Source: Candidatus Eiseniibacteriota bacterium
Lineage (GTDB): Bacteria; Eisenbacteria; RBG-16-71-46; CAZEPH01
Reading direction: 5' to 3'
DNA length: 32,908 nucleotides
Assembly (NCBI GenBank): GCA_044229145.1
Contig: JBGATO010000042.1
Location: 1-32,908 of the forward strand
How positions within the stretch are numbered: position 1 is the stretch's first letter; each line of letters starts with the position of its first letter. Below the pieces are notes generated by a model that saw only the letters and a program-made list of their open reading frames with translations, was not told the DNA's origin and did not search any database. The position numbers and the translations under genes were made by a program. Positions 28,185 to 32,908 of this stretch are shown piece by piece.

Positions 28185-28213
28185 TTGCCGTTTGCGGAAA
28201 TGTCCGCTATGCT
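28185..28213 (+). promoter_or_regulatory. Sigma-70-type promoter for unit 2, abutting the dnaK junction
   Basis: TTGCCG-N17-TATGCT, beginning about 5 bp from the end of dnaK similarity. Confidence 0.55.
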
Positions 28214-28291
28214 GTCACATGCAACGCAGTTCTTGCCTCATGCCGATGCCCCAATTCGCGCCTGGGGTCCCCCACGCTGGAGAAATTCGCC

Positions 28292-29993
28292 ATGGAACGT
28301 CTGCGGGTTGCCGCGCTCCGCCTGCTGGTACTACTCTGTGTGCCCCCCCCTCATTTCCGCACTCGCTGAGCGCCCCGCGTGCGCCACCGCGCACGTCACG
28401 CACGGCCCGATGGTGGGAGCCGTTTCCTACAGATCGGCCATCATCTGGGTACGAGTCGACACCGTGGCGACCGTGCGTGTCGAGTATGGGACGGATCCGT
28501 ATTTCGCGCCGCCTCTACCCCTGAGCCCAGCCGTCACCACAAGCCCCGACAGTGACTACACCGCGTTCCTCTACCTCAACCCCTCGAACCCCACGCTCTC
28601 ACCTGGTACGACCTACTATTACCGCGTCGTCGTCAACGGCGTGTCGACGGACATCGGCGGCGAGTTCACGACGTTTCCGCTCACATCTTCCACCGCCGAC
28701 TTTTCCTTCGTGGTCTTCGCGGATGTCGCCGACACGTATCGCCAGCCGACGCAGCATGCCTACGCCTACACGCGAATGACCCAGGTCCTAACACCGGCTT
28801 TCGTTCTCCAGATCGGCGACATCGACCACAGCGATCCCGACAGTGCGTCACACGGCGCGCCTGGCTTTCTCCCCAACATGCGCGCGATGCACCGCCGCGC
28901 GCGGGAGGACACTCTGGCGCATGGTGGAGACTGGCAGTCGGCAATCGCCACCAAGTACCCGGTGTTCCACATGTGGGACAACCACGATTACGGCGCGAGT
29001 GACAGGAACTTCCAGATTCAGCAACCGAAGTGCGACACCGTTGGCGTCAACGCGAGCCTCTTTGCGTCTCATCCGCTTGGGCGTTCCGCCGCATGGCGTG
29101 CGTTTCTCGACTACTGGCCGATGCCGCCGTTGCCCAATCCACCATCTCGCACGACGGGGTACCCGAGCCCCGCCGATACCACGGTGGGTCTGTGGCACAA
29201 GTTCAGCTTTGGCAAGGCGGACTTCCTCATGCTGGACTGCCGGTCGGAGAAGAATCTGATCAGCGCAACGACCGTGCAAGGCGTTCCCATCGCCACGGGA
29301 TCCATGCTGGGCGCGACCCAAATGGCGTGGTTGCGCAGTGAACTGACGGCGTCGAAGGCCGCGGGGGCATCGTGGATCTTCCTCGTCTCTCCGGTGACCG
29401 TGGATTCCACCTCAAAGAGGGCGCTGAATCCCTACTTGCAACTCAACGCCAACACCGGCCGCGGCAGTTGGGGAGCCTACGTCAGGGAGCGCAACGAGAT
29501 CGCCACCCACATCGACACGTTGGGACTGCGCAACGTGGTGTGGATCACCGGCGACCTCCACTCGGGCGGAGCCTGCGATTCGACCCACACCGGCTATATC
29601 GACGCGAACTCCGTCGGCCACCTGGGCGCGCCCGAATTCAGTGTGCCCGCGACCAACATCTACGACGAGCCGGTGCTCCCGGATAGCTGCAATTGCGACC
29701 CCGATCAACCCGAGACGGCGTACGTCAAGACGGCGGCGTGCTCGTTGGGCACCAACTACACGGGGACCTGGACGCCCGGCGTCGGCTCGACCGCGATCAG
29801 TTACCTATCGGGGGATGATGACACACCCACGGGGTATCCCTATCTGCAGGGCGGGCCGGGATTCGCGCGCTTCGACGTGACGAGTACGCAGGTGCGAGTG
29901 CGATTCTATCAGGTGGCGGACACTCCCACGGCGACTCCAACGATCAACAGCTATGCCACAGGGAAGTCGATGGACTTCACGGTGACGAAATGA
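28292..29993 (+). CDS. PhoD-like metallophosphoesterase, copy 2; +1 frameshift in a C8 tract (28343-28350)
   Basis: GGAGA SD, ATG 28292 gives MERLRVAALRLLVLLCVPP, homologous to the copy 1 leader; the rest of the gene is in the +1 frame. 81/87 identical residues to copy 1 over HVTHG..GVSTD. Confidence 0.85.
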
Positions 29994-32548
29994 CGCGCGC
30001 CGCCCGAATCATCTCCGCGCGAATCCGTGGGCACCGACTGCCCCGTGGCTGCTTTGTGCTCTTGATGGGCTTCCTTGGAGTCGCGCTCCACGCGGTCCTG
30101 GCGTTGTTCGACCCGCGCGCCGCGCTCGCGCAATCCCTGTTCTCTGCTGCCCGCCTCCAGTACAGCACCGGCTACCAACCCGAGACGGTCTCGCTCGGCG
30201 ATTTGAATGGGGATGGGTATCTCGATGCCATCACTGCCGAGCGCAATCTGGGATTGCTGCATGTCTACTATGGCAGAGGAGACGGCACCTTCTTCGAAAC
30301 TGCCTCGCTACCGGCGACGCAGCCAAACGTCATCGCCCTCGCCGATTACAACGTCGACGGCCACCTCGACATCGCCTATGCCTCCCACAATGGCCACTTG
30401 ATCGTGCTCGGGGGAGACGGCGTGGGCGGGTTCACACAAGTGCTCGACCAGATCATCGACACCCGAGCCGTAGCCATCGCTTCGGGAGACCTCAATCTCG
30501 ATGGCCGTCCGGATCTCGCTATTGGCCATTGGTATGTCATCACCGTTGTCCTGTTCTACCCGGGCTTCCACACGAGTACGAACACCTACCCGGGTGGGGG
30601 AGATGACGCAGCGATCGGCGAGCTCACCGGTGACGGGCTGCCGGACTTCGCGATGAGCGCCGGAGAGGGCGTGTCCGTCTACCCGAACCTTGGATACAAT
30701 CGCTTCGGCGACTCGTCCACCTATTACGTCAGCCACGGCGCCCTCGGCATCGACATTGGCGACCTCACCGGCGACGGCATCCCCGATGTGGCAACCACCG
30801 CCTGGTACGAAAGCGCGATCAGCGTCCTCCCTGGTGACGGGGCAGGCGGCTTCGGCCCGCGTCAGGATCACGAGGTCGGCTACGCAAGCGGTGGGATCCA
30901 AGTGCGCGATGTGAATCACGACGACCGCGCCGATCTCGTCGTCTCCTTGGGCGACTACTATGACTATCGCTGCGATTGCTACCCGTGGAGCCGGGTGGTC
31001 ACGCTGTTGCAGCAGTCCGACGGCACACTCGCGGCGCCCCTGACTGCGACGACGGGCAGCGAGCCGCTGGATGTGGCGCTCGGCGATCTAGACGGCGACG
31101 GCAACCTCGATGCGGTCACGGCGGACTGGTATGGCTCGACGGTCTCCGTGCTGCGGGGCAACGGCGACGGCACATTCGGCACGCCGCCCGCGCTGGCTCT
31201 GCCTCCCGGCCCCGGCGGCATCGCCGCCGGTGACGTCACGGGGGACAGCGTTGACGACATACTTCTCACCGACATGACACAGTCGCAACTCTCGCTGTAC
31301 CCGGGCCTGCCGAACGGCAGCTTCGGCCCCGCCGTCTCGACGCCGTGCGGGGCGAATCCGCAGAGCGTGGCCCTCGCCGATCTCGACGGCGATGGCCGAG
31401 TCGATGCCGTCACCGCCAATACCGGTGGCGGCACGTGCTCGGTGCTGTACGGCACCGGTGCGGGCTTCGGGCCCTCCACTGACTACACGGCGGTGCCCGC
31501 TGCGGGACCGATCGCCGTGGCCGATTTCACCGGCGACGGGCTGCTCGACATCGCAGTCGGCGGTACCGGCACGAGTTGGGTGATCGGTACGCTGTGGGGG
31601 CGCGCCGGGCGGGACTTCGTGGCCGGGCCTACACTGCAGCTGGCGGGCGGTGCCAATGCGCTCGTCGCCGCCGATCTCGATGGCGATGGAGACGTGGACC
31701 TCGCCACCGTGACCTCCCAGGTCCTCGGCAACGACTCGCTCGCCACGCTGTTCGCCAACGATGGAACCGGCGGGTTCGCAGCGCCACGTACGATCGGCAT
31801 CGGCATGACGCCACTCTCGCTGGCCGTCGCCGACGTGAACCACGATGGGCGCGCCGACCTGATCGGCTCCCGCTGGGAGAAATTTCCCGAACCGTCCCGC
31901 GGGCGCGTGTGCGTACTTCTCGGGCAGGTGGGCGGCACGTATCAGGCGCGGCGAGAGTTCGTGGTCGAGGACGAGCCCGCGCATGTGCTCGTGGCCGATG
32001 TCGACGCCGACGGTCAGCCAGACGTAGTCACCACGAACTCCGCCGCCAACTCGGTCTCGGTGCTGCGCGGCGATGGCAACGGCGGCTTCGCGCTCGAGGG
32101 CCACTATGGCACAGGCTCGGGCCCCGCCCTCTCCACGACGATCGACCTGAGCCACGACGGGACGGTCGACCTCGCGGTGTTGGATCGCGCCGGTGCGACC
32201 GTGTCCCTGCTGCGAAACCGGCTACCCGCGCTGCCCGATTCCGTCGCTCCCGGATCTGAGCCGCCGGCACAGCACATTCTCGCTCTGCGCGTCCGGCGAA
32301 GTCCGGTGCGCGCGTTCGCGCTGCTGGACTATGTCCTCGGCTCGGCGCAGGAAACTGCTGCCCTCACGATCTACGACGTGGCCGGGCGACCTGTTCGACA
32401 TGTTCCGCTATCCGCATCCGCGACCGCCGGCGCGATTCGCTGGGATCTCCGCGATGATGCGGGGCGACAAGTGGCCTCCGGCATCTATCGGGCGGAGTTG
32501 CGGGCTGGCGCTGCCCGGCAAGTGCTCTCCCTGGTTCTGCTCGACTGA
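29990..32548 (+). CDS. Secreted FG-GAP/VCBS repeat protein with C-terminal FlgD-Ig/CTD-like domain, copy 2
   Basis: ATGA overlap; paralog of 25059-27578 (AQSLFSAAR.QYSTGYQPETV); C-terminal IYDVAGRPVR..WDLRDDAGRQVASGIY. Confidence 0.92.
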   Translation: MTRAARIISARIRGHRLPRGCFVLLMGFLGVALHAVLALFDPRAALAQSLFSAARLQYSTGYQPETVSLGDLNGDGYLDAITAERNLGLLHVYYGRGDGTFFETASLPATQPNVIALADYNVDGHLDIAYASHNGHLIVLGGDGVGGFTQVLDQIIDTRAVAIASGDLNLDGRPDLAIGHWYVITVVLFYPGFHTSTNTYPGGGDDAAIGELTGDGLPDFAMSAGEGVSVYPNLGYNRFGDSSTYYVSHGALGIDIGDLTGDGIPDVATTAWYESAISVLPGDGAGGFGPRQDHEVGYASGGIQVRDVNHDDRADLVVSLGDYYDYRCDCYPWSRVVTLLQQSDGTLAAPLTATTGSEPLDVALGDLDGDGNLDAVTADWYGSTVSVLRGNGDGTFGTPPALALPPGPGGIAAGDVTGDSVDDILLTDMTQSQLSLYPGLPNGSFGPAVSTPCGANPQSVALADLDGDGRVDAVTANTGGGTCSVLYGTGAGFGPSTDYTAVPAAGPIAVADFTGDGLLDIAVGGTGTSWVIGTLWGRAGRDFVAGPTLQLAGGANALVAADLDGDGDVDLATVTSQVLGNDSLATLFANDGTGGFAAPRTIGIGMTPLSLAVADVNHDGRADLIGSRWEKFPEPSRGRVCVLLGQVGGTYQARREFVVEDEPAHVLVADVDADGQPDVVTTNSAANSVSVLRGDGNGGFALEGHYGTGSGPALSTTIDLSHDGTVDLAVLDRAGATVSLLRNRLPALPDSVAPGSEPPAQHILALRVRRSPVRAFALLDYVLGSAQETAALTIYDVAGRPVRHVPLSASATAGAIRWDLRDDAGRQVASGIYRAELRAGAARQVLSLVLLD

Positions 32549-32572
32549 CGGCCAGCCCCCCTAGGCGAAGCA

Positions 32573-32607
32573 CACACGGGGCGGACCCTCGCGGATCCGC
32601 CCCGTGT
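32573..32607. terminator. Hairpin between convergent FG-GAP and dnaK genes (unit 2)
   Basis: CACACGGG(G)CGGA..TCCGCCCGTGTG stem; same 18-bp core as unit 1. Confidence 0.6.
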
Positions 32608-32629
32608 GCCTCTGCCGTGATGGCACCGG

Positions 32630-32908
32630 CTACTTCTTGTTCTCGTCCACCACTTCGTACTCGGCGTCGACGACGCCTTCCTTCGGTTCTGCATTCGGCG
32701 CGGCGCCCGCGCCGCCTTCCGGACCACCCGGACCGCCCGGCGCACCCGCATCGCCGACGCCTGCGTCCGCACCAGCCGCCTGGTACATCTTCGTCGTCAC
32801 CTCGTGCACGACCGTCTGCAGGGCTTCGGCCGCCGACTTGATCTCGTCGACGTTCTCGCCCTTCAGCGCCTCGCGCACCTTGGTCACCGCCTGGTCGATC
32901 TTGGCGCG
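32630..32908 (-). CDS. dnaK: 3' end of chaperone DnaK (full gene or a further fragment; truncated by window edge)
   Basis: RAKIDQAVTKVREALKGENVDEIK..KMYQ..VVDAEYEVVDENKK; frame is open to the window edge. Confidence 0.9.
   Translation of the reverse strand, partial: RAKIDQAVTKVREALKGENVDEIKSAAEALQTVVHEVTTKMYQAAGADAGVGDAGAPGGPGGPEGGAGAAPNAEPKEGVVDAEYEVVDENKK
32769..32908. repeat. 140-bp exact direct repeat, copy 2
   Basis: Identical to 27784-27923. Confidence 0.95.

Larger units (their letters stand above)
28180..32908. mobile_element. Putative dnaK-anchored cassette unit 2 (runs off the window)
   Basis: Starts at the dnaK junction with its own promoter; same layout as unit 1; dnaK stop-to-stop spacing 4970 bp. 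Confidence 0.5.

Noticed and set aside
27819..28291. N-terminal extension of the 724-aa ORF 27819..29993
   Set aside because: It is antisense dnaK plus promoter sequence read through by chance; the real start is ATG 28292 with a frameshift in the C tract.
27660..32908. Diversity-generating retroelement template/variable repeat pair
   Set aside because: Differences between the repeats are not adenine-specific, include in-frame indels, and no reverse transcriptase is present.

Overview
High-GC bacterial chromosomal segment. Four exported proteins end in a FlgD-Ig/T9SS-CTD-like domain, which hints at an FCB-related lineage (inference only). Left to right: (1) two secreted carbohydrate-active-like proteins; (2) a translationally coupled ECF sigma / zinc-finger anti-sigma / TPR-CHAT caspase-like protease / S8 lipoprotein protease operon, with the S8 gene frameshifted near its 3' end; (3) murQ and a membrane protein; (4) a minus-strand signalling operon: GAF-GAF hybrid His kinase, Ser/Thr kinase-ATPase-TPR, GAF-HD-GYP, Zn-ribbon-TPR, Zn-ribbon-FHA. 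The His kinase and the HD-GYP protein share an unnamed N-terminal helical module. A sensor-less His kinase plus REC-HDOD pair is divergent from it; (5) two paralogous exported proteins; (6) the most striking part: two tandem ~4.9-kb units, each promoter-phoD-FG-GAP gene-hairpin-dnaK 3' end. The inner dnaK copy is an intact, start-less 172-codon tail starting exactly at the DIDANG motif, and a degenerate copy of that site lies at the far edge of the array. This suggests a dnaK-anchored gene-cassette array with swappable DnaK C-termini. No integrase, tRNA, rRNA or CRISPR array is visible in the window.
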